From IMG/VR virus record IMGVR_UViG_3300021400_000138, positions 64,001 through 128,000 of that record: a stretch of DNA of 64,000 bases. The stretch is one strand, 5' to 3'. The notes beneath the pieces were generated by a model that was not told where the DNA came from, made no database searches, and saw only the letters and a list, made by a program, of their open reading frames with translations. Source of the DNA: a virus. Lineage: Duplodnaviria > Caudoviricetes. Positions 11,377 through 23,354 of the stretch are shown here, in pieces. Within the stretch, counting starts at the first letter, position 1. Each line of letters begins with the position of its first letter. The translations under genes were made by a program, and so were the position numbers.

Positions 11377-11660
11377 GTGTCTTGATTAAAGGTATAAAGA
11401 TGCCAGAGAGTTGTCTGGATTGCCCCATATACGACAGTTATTATTATCATTGCAATCTGTATGGTTACGGCATTCCAGCAAGACATGACTATGATCCATC
11501 AAAAATACCAGAATGGTGCGAACTCGAAGAATTCCCAGAACATCATGGTAGATTGATTGATGCGGATGTTCTAGCTGCGGAATCACTTGCGGATGGTGCT
11601 TATGGATATGTGGACACAAAAGAGATTTACGATGCACCTACGATTGTTGAAGCGGAATGA
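11373..11660 (+). CDS. Cys-rich hypothetical protein (MSxLIKGxxMPxSC family)
   Basis: Paralogous to the 7859, 8439, 11673 and 23811 products (MPxxCxxCP, HGRLIDAD). Confidence 0.7.
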   Translation: MSVLIKGIKMPESCLDCPIYDSYYYHCNLYGYGIPARHDYDPSKIPEWCELEEFPEHHGRLIDADVLAAESLADGAYGYVDTKEIYDAPTIVEAE

Positions 11661-12902
11661 AGGGTGGCAACGATGATTAAATTAGATCTTGAAATGCCTA
11701 AGGATACCTTTGAATGCCCGTTTTTAGAGGAAGATACGGATAGTGTTCTTTGGTGCTATTTTGCACCGCAAGTTGAGAAAAGATGTATTGGATTATTTAA
11801 GGGTGAATGTCCAATAATAAGAGAAGAAAATTCAGAATGAAAGGGTTATTTGATGGAAGATAGTATGCCTTATTTTTTGGCTTGTTTTTATATGACATAT
11901 ACGGAAGAACATGATAGATTATTATCCAATATAAGATCTGAACATGATCCCACAGAAGCCATTGTAGATTATGGGTGTAGAAAGTATTCTGATAGATATG
12001 CAATAAACTGTAGAAAGTATTTATACAACTTATATCCGCAATTTAAAAAAGCATGGAATGAAGAGATACGTAAGCATAACAATTATTCTGCGCAACATTG
12101 GATAGACGAATATGAAAGATTAACCAATGATGGCTGGAATATTAAAGGATATCGCAATCACGATTTATTTGCTGTTTTTGATAACGAGGGGCTTATTTGA
12201 TGAGATTCAGTCTTGTATATAAAAAGAATAATAAATTCAAAGAGTTATATTCAATTATGAAAAACAATATTGAAGAAGCTTCAAAAACATTTAATAGTAA
12301 TTTACCCAAAGATAACAAGGACTATTATATAAGAGTTATCAGACCAAAAGCTGAATATTATGATTTAAGCGGGAAACCTATTAATATAGAAGTTGGATGA
12401 GGGTTATTTGATGTGCAAGTTTTGCGATAATTTATCGGAAAGAAAAGAACGAGAAAATTTGTATGGATATTTTGACCCGGAACTTGGTAGATGGATACAG
12501 GAATATACTGTTGCATTAGTGATCCATAGTTGGTATCAAAAACGTGGCAAGAAGTCTGCATTTAGGACGGTTGACTTCAGAAACAAAGGTTTAGGATATA
12601 AATTGAATTATTGTCCAGAGTGCGGGAAAGAATTATAAAGTGGGGCTATTTGATGAACTATAAAGAATTTGCGAAAACATTATTCGATTCTGAAGACCAA
12701 ATGTTTCCAAATGGTACAGACGCACAGACTTGTTTAAATATTTTGGCGGAGCATTTCTTGGGAAAAGATTTGGTGTTAAATTATCCAGGTCATATAACTC
12801 AATGGAATTCTGAAGTTACTCACGAAATTTTGAGAAAATATCCATCTGGAAAAATTAGAAGGATACATAAATAAAACGATTTTTTTACTGAGGGGTATAT
12901 AA

Positions 12903-13168
12903 ATGCCAAAATATTTTAGTATTTTACGCAATATTGATACAAAAATCTTAGATGAACAAATTGCTGATTGGTTTGATGAACATAAATACGATCCGATAAT
13001 ATTGATGTCACCAGATACATTGAAAGAAATACCAACACTTGAGGACTTGGGAATTCATATTACGAAAAGTACGTATAATAAAATTGCACAGGCAGAGTTG
13101 GCACATACGAGGGAACAAAAGTATTTAGCGATCCAAGCATGAAATATGGTGAAGTTGAATTGAGATAA
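12903..13168 (+). pseudogene. frameshifted 'YGxV' family copy 2
   Basis: N-terminus matches the 5904 product. The family C-terminus (TKVFSDPSMKYGEVELR*) lies in another frame ending at TAA 13166-13168. Confidence 0.6.
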
Positions 13169-13659
13169 AATAAGTTTTTATGGTGAGGCATATGAAAGTA
13201 TATATAGTGACTTCTGGTATATATTCGGATTATATGATACGAAAGATTTTTCTAGATAAAGACAAAGCTGAGGAATATAAAGAATGGATTCCAAACAGTA
13301 ATGATATTGAAGAATATGATACTTCAGATGAAAATATTATAGATAAGTTATATAAAATCAGAATTGATCTAAGATGGTATCCGAATAAAGAAGAAAAACT
13401 TTTTGCAAGTGCATGTAAAGATTGTGAATCGGATTATAATTACAATCATTACTCCAATTACAGTGATATATGGGAAGAATTGGTTGTTGTAAGAACAGTA
13501 AACGGGGAAAATTTTAACGAAGAGTTTTGGAAAGATAAATTAACAAAGTATATATATGATTTAAAAGCCTATGTTAAATATCTTAAAACAGAAGGCTGCA
13601 ATGAGAAACAAATAAGAGATGCAATAGAATTAAAATGAGTTTTTGATTAGGATTATATT

Positions 13660-14142
13660 ATGAGTAAATCTTTAGATTTTTGTAAAAGTAGAGCATCTAA
13701 CCCGGAAATTTCAAGCTATGCCGACCGCAATTGGGATAATGCGGTTGAACAGAATATAACTAATTGTTTAGATTTTATTATAAAAGGTGTAAGAAATTAT
13801 AAACTTACATGGTATTTAGATGATGGTACAGTAGCGTTCTATAATGTCAATTTAGAAATAAATCCGAATGCTGACTTTGATTATTTTACATCTGATTCTT
13901 TTATATGTGATGGCACGTTAATATTTCTTGCTGAGTCAATTGATAAGATGCTACGAAAAATTCTTAGTCTTGGAACATATAATAAAAATTTGGGTGAGCC
14001 TCCTAATGGTTGCACTGTAAATTATGTTATTGGCAATGCTGTTATTCTTTCGGAATATGATGGCGATTGGATACCAAATGGCAAACAATGGATGCGAGAA
14101 AGAAATACCGTACTTATACCGCTAAAGGTTTGGTATGAATAA
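13660..14142 (+). CDS. hypothetical protein
   Basis: 160 aa, flanked on both sides by TAAAA-N6-TTTGA sites. Confidence 0.7.
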   Translation: MSKSLDFCKSRASNPEISSYADRNWDNAVEQNITNCLDFIIKGVRNYKLTWYLDDGTVAFYNVNLEINPNADFDYFTSDSFICDGTLIFLAESIDKMLRKILSLGTYNKNLGEPPNGCTVNYVIGNAVILSEYDGDWIPNGKQWMRERNTVLIPLKVWYE

Positions 14143-14168
14143 AAAGATTATTTGAATGAGGTATCTGT

Positions 14169-14579
14169 ATGGAATTGTTATTAAATGGTTATCTAACTAA
14201 AGACTATGATGGTCATCCAGCTTTAACAGAAAAACCAACATCATCTAAATACTGGGCAAAATCAATTCCCAGAGAAATACAGTATAAATTTGGAAAAACA
14301 TTTTATGACGATAAATGCCTTGGAAAAGACATTAGTTATATTCCAGATTGCTGTATGAGTATCTGGTATACAGATGGAGAATGTACTTTTGATGAAGCCC
14401 AGGAAGCTTTATGTAATTATTTGGACGGTTATATGACGGTTGAGGTAGCATATCAGGGTTATTCTGAATGGACAATTACTGGATTTGATTTAGAAGAATT
14501 CAGAATCGGCGGACATAACTTGGAGAAAGAACTTGAAGATCATATGGGCGAGTATTGTTGGATAAGAATAACGAGGTAA
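14169..14579 (+). CDS. hypothetical protein
   Basis: 136 aa with GAGG RBS. Confidence 0.7.
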   Translation: MELLLNGYLTKDYDGHPALTEKPTSSKYWAKSIPREIQYKFGKTFYDDKCLGKDISYIPDCCMSIWYTDGECTFDEAQEALCNYLDGYMTVEVAYQGYSEWTITGFDLEEFRIGGHNLEKELEDHMGEYCWIRITR

Positions 14580-17357
14580 GAATTTATGAGAGTAACAATA
14601 TCAAATGAATTTACACCTTCTCCGCAAGATATGATTGAAGAATTCTGGGAGAGCACCGCTGAAAGACAGGCGGAAATATTGTATTCATTAGCATTGATTT
14701 GTAAATATGATTTATATTCATTCTGTATGCAAATGTCTTATGTGTCAAATGAATTGGATGAATTGGATAAAGATGCCAGAGAAGATATTCTGTTTTGTTT
14801 GAAAGAAATGGTCAATCAAATTGAAAGATAATGCAGAGTGATATGGATAAAGAATATATTATTAATGTAATAACAGCAAAGATCAATAAATTTATATTAG
14901 AGATAAGCGAGAATTCTAAACATCATGCTGATTTTATTCAAGACAATACCAATATGGTTGTATTTGGTGCTGAAACAGCTTTAGATATTATGAAGGAAAC
15001 AATACTGGATTTATTTGATGATGTTTAGAATTGGAATAGATGAGGTTAAAATATATGACATACGAAGAAAAGCGTGAACTTCGATTACAGATTAGTCAAC
15101 TACTTGCAGACGCTGGAATCAATCAAGAATATCTTAAAGAACTTGCACGAGAAGAACTTGAAAAGAAAAGTGAACGTGCAATTAAACAGGTGGTTGAAAA
15201 TAGAGTGAAAGAAATCTTGCCAACTATGTTAAAACGAGAAATCCAATCTAGTTTATATTCTGCTGTAAAAGGTGAAATCCAAAATAGGATCATCCAAGTT
15301 GTATTAAAGGATTGCGAAAATGGATAAGGAATTATTAATATGTCCAGTATGTGGAAAAGAGAATAAATACGATTATTATTCAGAAATTGAATGGGGCGTA
15401 GTCGAGCAGCATTATTATTGTCCACGATGTACATATTTTGTTGATCAAGTATATAGCCCAATTATCAAAGGCATTAGTACAGATTGTCCAGAGGAATATA
15501 TTGAAAAAGCCAAAGAGTTAAAATTGGATTTTTATAAGCCAGAGGAGATACCATAAATATCATGATTGACTTCGGATTTGGGACAGCATTTAGAAATAAT
15601 TTAACTGATAAAGAAGAAGCTGCTCTGGATCATCTATTAAATATGATGACTGCTATAAAACAACAAATTCTTTTAAGAAGAGCGATGAAAGAAGAGTCAA
15701 ATATTTATAGGAAAAAAGATAAGCCAGAGGAAATACCATGAAATATGATTTTCGAAGAATATTTAATCCAACAGAAGAAGAACAGGAAGAAGATCGACGG
15801 AAATATAAAGAATTGCATTATGAACTGGCGGAGAAAAAAGGTTGTTCAACTTGCAAACATTGTATTCACGTTAGAACTTATCCAGATTATGTAACAGGCG
15901 AAGAATGTGAATGCTCTGCTGGTTTGGAATGCGATACCGTTTTATTTTCGGTAACCAATTGTCCAGAATGGATAGATGATTTTGAGGAGTTATCATGATA
16001 CTTAAAGACATTAGTAGTGAATGTCAACGCTGCGTTAACTTGAAAGCATGGAATATCCGTATGAATGGCGAACATGATTATTGTTGTAAACGCAGACCTA
16101 CAAAATTTATTGATAAGTATTTGCATCAAGAACCTTGTGAGGAGTTTATAAATATAGATTGTATTGATTGTATTAACCATGGCGGTGATTGGGAATGCGA
16201 TTATGTCCACTGCCATAAAGGAGAAAGTCATGAGTGAATATATCGACAAATCCAATGCGATAGATATTCTGGATGATCTTTGGAATAGGGATAGGAATAA
16301 TAGTAGAGCTTTCTATTTACGATTACGAAAAGCCATATATGATTTACCAACTGAAGAAATAATCCATTGCAAAGATTGTAAATACTATTGCAACGTTTTA
16401 TATCAGGGTACTCAGTTTGAATATGGCGAATGTGACGCAGTCGATGAGTTTTATATTGAGAATAAAAAACCACATGATTTTTGTAGTATGGCGAAGTTGA
16501 AAGAATGAAGATGGGATATTATGCTAAAGAACCTTTTGATGAATTAATAAAGACTTTTAAGGACTCCGGTCAATATGATTTTCTTGAAAAACTTACCGAG
16601 GATGAACTTTGGAAAATATTTTTATTAATTACATTTTTAAATCTCTATGGGTCTTATTCCCCGCAACTTGCTGCAGACAAACTAAGCGAAGCTCGGGCTG
16701 ATACCCCGCAGCAAGCTGATGACATGAATTTACAGGAAAAAGATTTACATCAAGTTAATAACAAAGATGTTCTATTAATTAATATCAAAACATCAATTAA
16801 TGACTTCATTACAGAATTACAAGAAAATGCAAAATATCATGCTGATTTTATAAAAGACAATGTAAACCTGGTTGTGTTTGGAGCTGAAGAAGCTTTGAGA
16901 ATTGTAGAAGAAACAATAGAAAAATATGAAGATATGTAACGCTACTGGCAACGGTATTTGTATTAATTGCAATCGAATTCCGCCAAAAATCAATGGATAT
17001 TCGTATGGAAATATCTGTAGAATTGATGTCGAAGATATATTAGCTGCTTTGGAATGTGGTAATCTTGTTTGTTATAACTCAGATAACGGTAGATTTTATG
17101 AAAAGATAATGTATGAACATCCGAGAGATTTTATAGATGATGAATGGGAGTGTATTGGATGAATGATGATGAATTCAGAATCTGTGATCGAGTGTTTTTT
17201 TCTGGAAAATATGGTCTTGGTTATTTTGGAAACATAGAAAAGATTGATCACGATGGACAAAAATTGTTAGTACGAACTGATGATATGAGACTATATGAAA
17301 TATCTATGGATAAAGTTACACTCTTAAAACATAGATAACCAATAAAAGAAGTGTTTT

Positions 17358-17528
17358 ATCTGCGGTAGACAAGCATTAAAAGTCGATAAGAAAATGAAGC
17401 TCCGGGAAAGGGACACAGGCGTAGCTATGGCTCCGTCGATTGGAGAGACACCTTTGAGACAATAACCTCAGAATCTTCGTTGCAACCCGTAAGGAGATGC
17501 GTGTGATTGAAACTGCACACCCGCAGAT
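17358..17528. ncRNA. candidate structured non-coding RNA (~170 nt)
   Basis: GC-rich intergenic island closed by an 8-bp stem ATCTGCGG/CCGCAGAT with several internal hairpins. Confidence 0.5.
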
Positions 17529-17583
17529 TTGGAGATTAGTAAATGAATAAAAATTGGAATGCATGTAATAGGAGAGATTAGTA

Positions 17584-18123
17584 ATGGCTGAATATATTAA
17601 CAGTGGTGTTAAAGCGGTTGGTATTGGTGACAATGTGGGAATTGATATTCCAAAGCCAATTGCATCAATAAATTTTGATGCACTTCATGCTGGAACGTAT
17701 GTAGTGGATGTTAAACAAGATGGATCATATTTGGCTACTTTTGTTGGAACGATGTATGAAAGTGAATTAAGGAGCAAGATTATGACAGGATTAGAAGAAC
17801 TTAAGGATGTATATGAAATAATTAAAAATGGGTATGGTTATCTTTGCAAAAGTATATCTTTACCATACGAGGATAACGAATATACAAAATTTGTATTTGA
17901 ATATCAAGGATTTCCAATAAAGCATTCATTTTCATATTTGCTATATGAGAGTCCATACGGAGAAAATGATGACGTTGAATTCTTTGATAGCGAGAATAAG
18001 GTAATATTTACTGTGGCACAATTGTTCGCCATTGCGTATCTTGTTAGAACTATTCAGAAAAACAGAGACGATAAAAATACGATTAATGGGTTTATTGAAT
18101 ATCTTAAGAAGGATATCAGGTGA
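17584..18123 (+). CDS. hypothetical protein
   Basis: 179 aa with GGAG RBS. Confidence 0.7.
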   Translation: MAEYINSGVKAVGIGDNVGIDIPKPIASINFDALHAGTYVVDVKQDGSYLATFVGTMYESELRSKIMTGLEELKDVYEIIKNGYGYLCKSISLPYEDNEYTKFVFEYQGFPIKHSFSYLLYESPYGENDDVEFFDSENKVIFTVAQLFAIAYLVRTIQKNRDDKNTINGFIEYLKKDIR

Positions 18124-18126
18124 TTT

Positions 18127-18459
18127 ATGAAAATTAAAAGCGGCAAAGAGAAAGAATATGAGATTTGTGTGGAAAACAATAGTAAGGACGGATATTCTAA
18201 AGCAGTCATAGACTATTTGGAACGATGGGCAAATTTAATGGAAAAAAGAATTGCTGATGGTGATAAAATCTGTGACATTGCAAAACAAACATCTCACGAA
18301 GCCGATACAGAAGGAATTACTGGTTTTATGTACGGTTGTGCAGTAAATATATTATCGCAATTATGGGAATATGGGGAAGATCTTCGTAAATGGCATAATA
18401 AAGAATATGGGTATGAAGGAGAGAGGGTTGTTAATCCGGCAGTGTTAACAGTTGGATGA
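18127..18459 (+). CDS. hypothetical phage protein
   Basis: 110 aa, ADTEGITGFMYGCAV...W.YGE.LRKWHN. Confidence 0.7.
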   Translation: MKIKSGKEKEYEICVENNSKDGYSKAVIDYLERWANLMEKRIADGDKICDIAKQTSHEADTEGITGFMYGCAVNILSQLWEYGEDLRKWHNKEYGYEGERVVNPAVLTVG

Positions 18460-21400
18460 TGAATTTTATACGAAATTCAACTGTGAAATTTACTTGAAAG
18501 GGGAAACATATGTGGGATCCAGAAAAAGATGCTTGTGATTATTGCTTTGAATGTGAATATTTTTTAGATGATTATTGGAACTGTCAGGGTGGCATAGAAC
18601 CTTGTTGGGAATTTGTTCCAAAGAAAGATTCTAAATATAAAAAAGTTGAAATAGAAATAACTAATGAAACAAGTCTTTGATAAACGATTATGAAGAAAAT
18701 TTTGATAACTAAGAATGGGAATATCCCAGTTGGAGTCTATAACGTTGAAGCAGTTGATGAACATTGGAGTTGGGGATATCACTGGTTTGATTTTCAGCTA
18801 AGTGATGGGAGTAAATCAGTGTATTATCCAATACCAATGTACCATTATTATATTGTTGCTGATAGAAATTAGATTCAATGAGAAGAACAATATGGATATT
18901 ATAGAAGAGTTGTATAGTATTATTATTAATGGAATTATTCATAGATTTCCATTAGAGACGTTTACTAATAAACGCGGAACATTTGAATTGATAGAATTAA
19001 TGGTAGAAGAAATATGCGACAAACATATAGACAATTTTTATAAGTCATATTTTGATAAGTTTGTCGATGTTAAGGACTTTGGAAATTAGATTTGATTGGA
19101 GAAGTAATTATGAATAACAAATTACCGCAACCGATAGATCCTACCGTATGGTTTAAACCGAAAACACAAGATGATATTCTGATTGAAGGCATCACAAGTG
19201 GAATTAAAGCTGCCGGGGTTCGTGGAGAAGATGTAACAGTGCTGTTAATCGAAGCATTAAAGAGCATGGGTAGAAAAGATTTAGTTCCACCATGTTGTCA
19301 GTAGGAGGGAATGAAATGACAAGACAAGAAGCAATTAGAAGAATCAAGGATCATATAGATATCCACCGCATGTATGAACCAAAAGGAACTAAAATTTCAG
19401 AAGCTTTAGAAATGGCAGTAAAATCTCTTGAGAAGCCAGTTTTATTCGTATACAAAAAGCCAGGAGTAATGGTAGGTCACAATTTTACAGATGATGTAGC
19501 AATAACATATGCGACAACCAAAGAGGAGGCTATAAAAAAGTTTAAAGAATTTTATAGTGATGTAAATAATGAAAACGTATCTGAGCCATATTTTAATTAT
19601 GCTAGAGTTGCAATACTTACTGATTACTAATGATGACTGAATTTTGATGGGAGAAAATATGAACTATAACGAGAACGGTATTTGTAAATTTACAATAGAA
19701 CGAGAAGATAGTCATGGTTCACAGCAAAAACACCCGCTGCAATTGGTGGCGAGAATAGATGTTGATGACCTAGTAAAGCTATTCGATGAAGCCTCGACAA
19801 ATTTTGATGGTGAGAACCCCATTTGTAAAGTAAAAGATCCAATTAAATTTACGGAGTTTGTTATCAGAAGGTTGTGGGATGATGCACCATATGAAGCCGA
19901 TGACGTTGTTTGGGCGCAGCCGTTGACTTATATCTTTGAACAATTGCTGGAAGATTATAAGCCAGAGTTTCTTGAGTATTTTGATGAAGTATAAAACAGT
20001 GGTTAATATGGACAATATAAAATACGTTACAAAAGAAGAAGTTGATGAAGAAAAATATAGTTATGCAGTATGCGAATGCACAGTTTTTGGTCCAGACTAT
20101 GGTATACAAGTACCGAGGAAAAAGTATAATGATTTTGTTGAATTTAAATGTCCAAGATGTGGCAGAAAACTCGGACTATTTGTAAGAGGTACCGATTTGA
20201 ATTGTGATTATTTTAATGTATGTTAAAATTGAGGTTTTATCGGGAAAATGAAAATTAAAGATATTACTGTGAAAAAGGTAGAAAAAGTAGAATGGCATAC
20301 TGAAACCCCAATAAATACAGGAGTTTTGGACGCATATTTGGATGCTGATATGGATGTTAAGCGAGAAATCGTTATAGTTCCCCAAATTGCACCCAATTAA
20401 TGGTCTGGATTGCATGGATAAACTTCGTGATTGGTGTAAAATTGAAAGGAGTCTTTGAGGAGGAAAAATATGTATAAAGAGATGCCACCAGATGCTATGC
20501 AACCACATGACACTTGGGTTATTGCATTTTGTCCAGATACAGATTCGTTCTTTGTCACCAATCAAAGAGCATTCTACTGGGAATCCGAAGAAGAATTTGA
20601 ATCAGAAGAAGCTGGAATATATTTTTTTGAGCATCAGATTCAATACTTCATTGATGTAGAAGAAAAATTAATGAGCGACATGTTTATTAATGCTTGGAGT
20701 ACTGATCGTGTTTTTCTGGAGAACACAAATAGACAATATTTTAAAAACTAAGTTTTATGGGAGAGGTTACATATTAATGAACACACTATATAATATAACT
20801 TCAACTAATATTGGAATTTTTTATAAAGATCAAAAGTGGAAGGACGATCTATTTAAAGAATTGGTACGTGAAGCGCATGAATGCAAAACTCTGTATAGCT
20901 ATAGTGTAACCGAAAATAAAATTCGGTTTTGTGATACATATATTAATATCAATATTATTTTCGTGGGAGCAAACGAACATTCACGAGGACATAGATTTGA
21001 TAGGATCTATTATCAGAATGACATTGATCAAAACACTTTCTCAATGGTGATACGTCCATTGTTTATGCCGAAAATATTTCCGTTATAATTAGATGAAAAA
21101 TTCATAGATAAAATAAGTATTTCATCCAAAAAGGAGTAAAAATGGATAAATTTGAAAAAATAGCTCAAATTAGGTGTTTTGACCAAAATGCAACAAAAGA
21201 CGTTGTGAAAACTCTTGAAAAATCTGGGTTTTATATATGCTTTGAAGATAATTATGGTCCAGATGGGAATGACTTTATTTTAATGAAAAAAGTAACCCAA
21301 TAAAAATTTACTTTTATTGAGAAACGGGAGAATTCTATGACCTACGAAGAAAAATATATGACTTTTGAAAAAGGTGAAAAAAATTAAATGGCAACTAAGA

Positions 21401-23069
21401 AAAACTTTTTTAGTGAAATAACTCCGGCACATCCGGTATTTCCGAAGGATGAAAATGAACGCCGGGATTGGGAATTGTGGAGCGCGGTATCAACTGCAAT
21501 CCATATGTGCGGTTATAGCGGCGAAGACGTAGCAGCGATGTCTTTTGAAGTAATGAAGGAAATTGGAAGACAAGATTTGCTTCCACCGTGTGATAGATGA
21601 GGTATCTAATTTATGATGTTATCTATTAATGAAATTGAAAGATCAAAATGGATTGTTGATAATGAAGGAAGAGATTATATAGAGCAAAGGTTTTAAAGAT
21701 GATTGAAGTTAAGTTTAAAGTTAAAATCCAAAATAGATATGGAGAAATAGAATCAAATCTAAAATAGAAGATTCAACATCTTAAAAACAGCAAGAGATTG
21801 TCCTATATGTATAGATGGAAAATGTATCGGAGTAATAACAGACGTTGACACAAAAACTGATGAATGTTATGGATATATTTTTGATCAAGACGCTGTTATT
21901 GAATTATCACAAGATTTTCAAGAAGTGGTTTCGGTAGAAATTATAGATTCCAAAACAGGATGTGGCTTATGAATATCAAAGATCTATTTGAAAAAAGATC
22001 AATAAATGCCTATAAGGCCATATATAACAATGGCTTACCATGTTTATATAAACGTAATGATCTATGCACTTGGGCGGAAGAAGCCTATGAAAGAGGAGAA
22101 AAATACTTCTATTGTAGGCCAGTTGATCCAGATGACCCATATGGTAAGTTTGAATTATGTGAGCCAGAATATAGATGGTTTATTAAGGATAAGAATGGTT
22201 TGACAGAAGAACAGTTTAATCAGATTTGTAATGCCATAACAGCCCCGTAGAAGATTGTGAGTTGAAAGATGACGCGGTTGATGGTATGATGTGCGAGGAT
22301 ACATTAACTGCCTGATGCAAAGAAGTAGGAGAATAATCATGGATTTTAAAGTTGGAGACAAAGTAATAGCCAATCATTTCGGTGGAATGGAAACAAGATC
22401 TATTGGGACTATAGTCAAGATAACACCCAAACGGCAGGATATCGTTGTTGATTTTGGAAATTACCAAGAAACATTTGATAAAACAGGATGGCAAAAGGGC
22501 AGTAATATATGGTATAAGAGTTCGATTGAATTACTTACGCCTGAGATTGAGAAAGAATTGCAGGACGCTGCTCTGATTAGAAAATGCAAGGATGTTTTTA
22601 ATAAAACTGAGCTTACGCCAGAAATTGCCGCAAAGATATTGGAGGTATTAAATGAAGTGGACGTACATTAAACGAGATAAGGTCTGGAAGAAACAACTCC
22701 ATCATTACTGGACAACTGTGACAGATGCCTGGGGTGTTTCTTCTGATGAAAGATATAATTATAAGATTGACACTTATTTATACAAATGTTTTTCATTCAA
22801 GCATGGTTTTTGGTATCAAGTGAAAGTGCCAAATTTTACTGCGAATAATAAAACACTTGGTGGAGTATTAGATCAATTGTTTGGATATCTTTATAGAGAT
22901 GGCGGGACACCTTGTTATCAAAGGCTGGAAGATGAGTTGATAAGTAAGGGGTTCTGGAAAAAATTAGGATAAATTTTGATTTAGTGAACAATCTGTGTAC
23001 AATTCCCAAAATCTAACATAAATAATATATAATACAATATATAATTAATAAACAACAAGAGGTATTTAT

Positions 23070-23354
23070 ATGAGATCAGCAGAATCAGCAAGATTTCAAA
23101 GTGAACATAGAGCAAAGATTAACACATTCATAGATGATATAAGCCAAAAAATTGAAGAAGCTATAGATGACGGCAGATATAGTTGCAAATATGATATTCC
23201 AGTTGACACAGACCAATTAGTAAGAAATGAATTGGAAAAAATATTAAAGGATAATGGTTATAGTGTAAATATTCCGGTAAAAGAAGATTATAGTAGATAT
23301 CCATGTGATCAAATGCGTTATTGGGATGAGATAAGAATAGGTTGGGAAATATGA
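23070..23354 (+). CDS. hypothetical protein
   Basis: GAGG RBS after an AT-rich intergenic gap with TATAAT-like boxes. Confidence 0.7.
   Translation: MRSAESARFQSEHRAKINTFIDDISQKIEEAIDDGRYSCKYDIPVDTDQLVRNELEKILKDNGYSVNIPVKEDYSRYPCDQMRYWDEIRIGWEI

Larger units (their letters stand above)
5608..21316. repeat. dispersed gene-junction palindrome TAAAA-N6-TTTTA (>=10 copies including variants)
   Basis: Perfect copies start at 5608, 12872, 17343, 20224, 20742 and 21301. Variants at 13631, 14140, 21109, 11838 and 13166 (N5). Confidence 0.75.
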
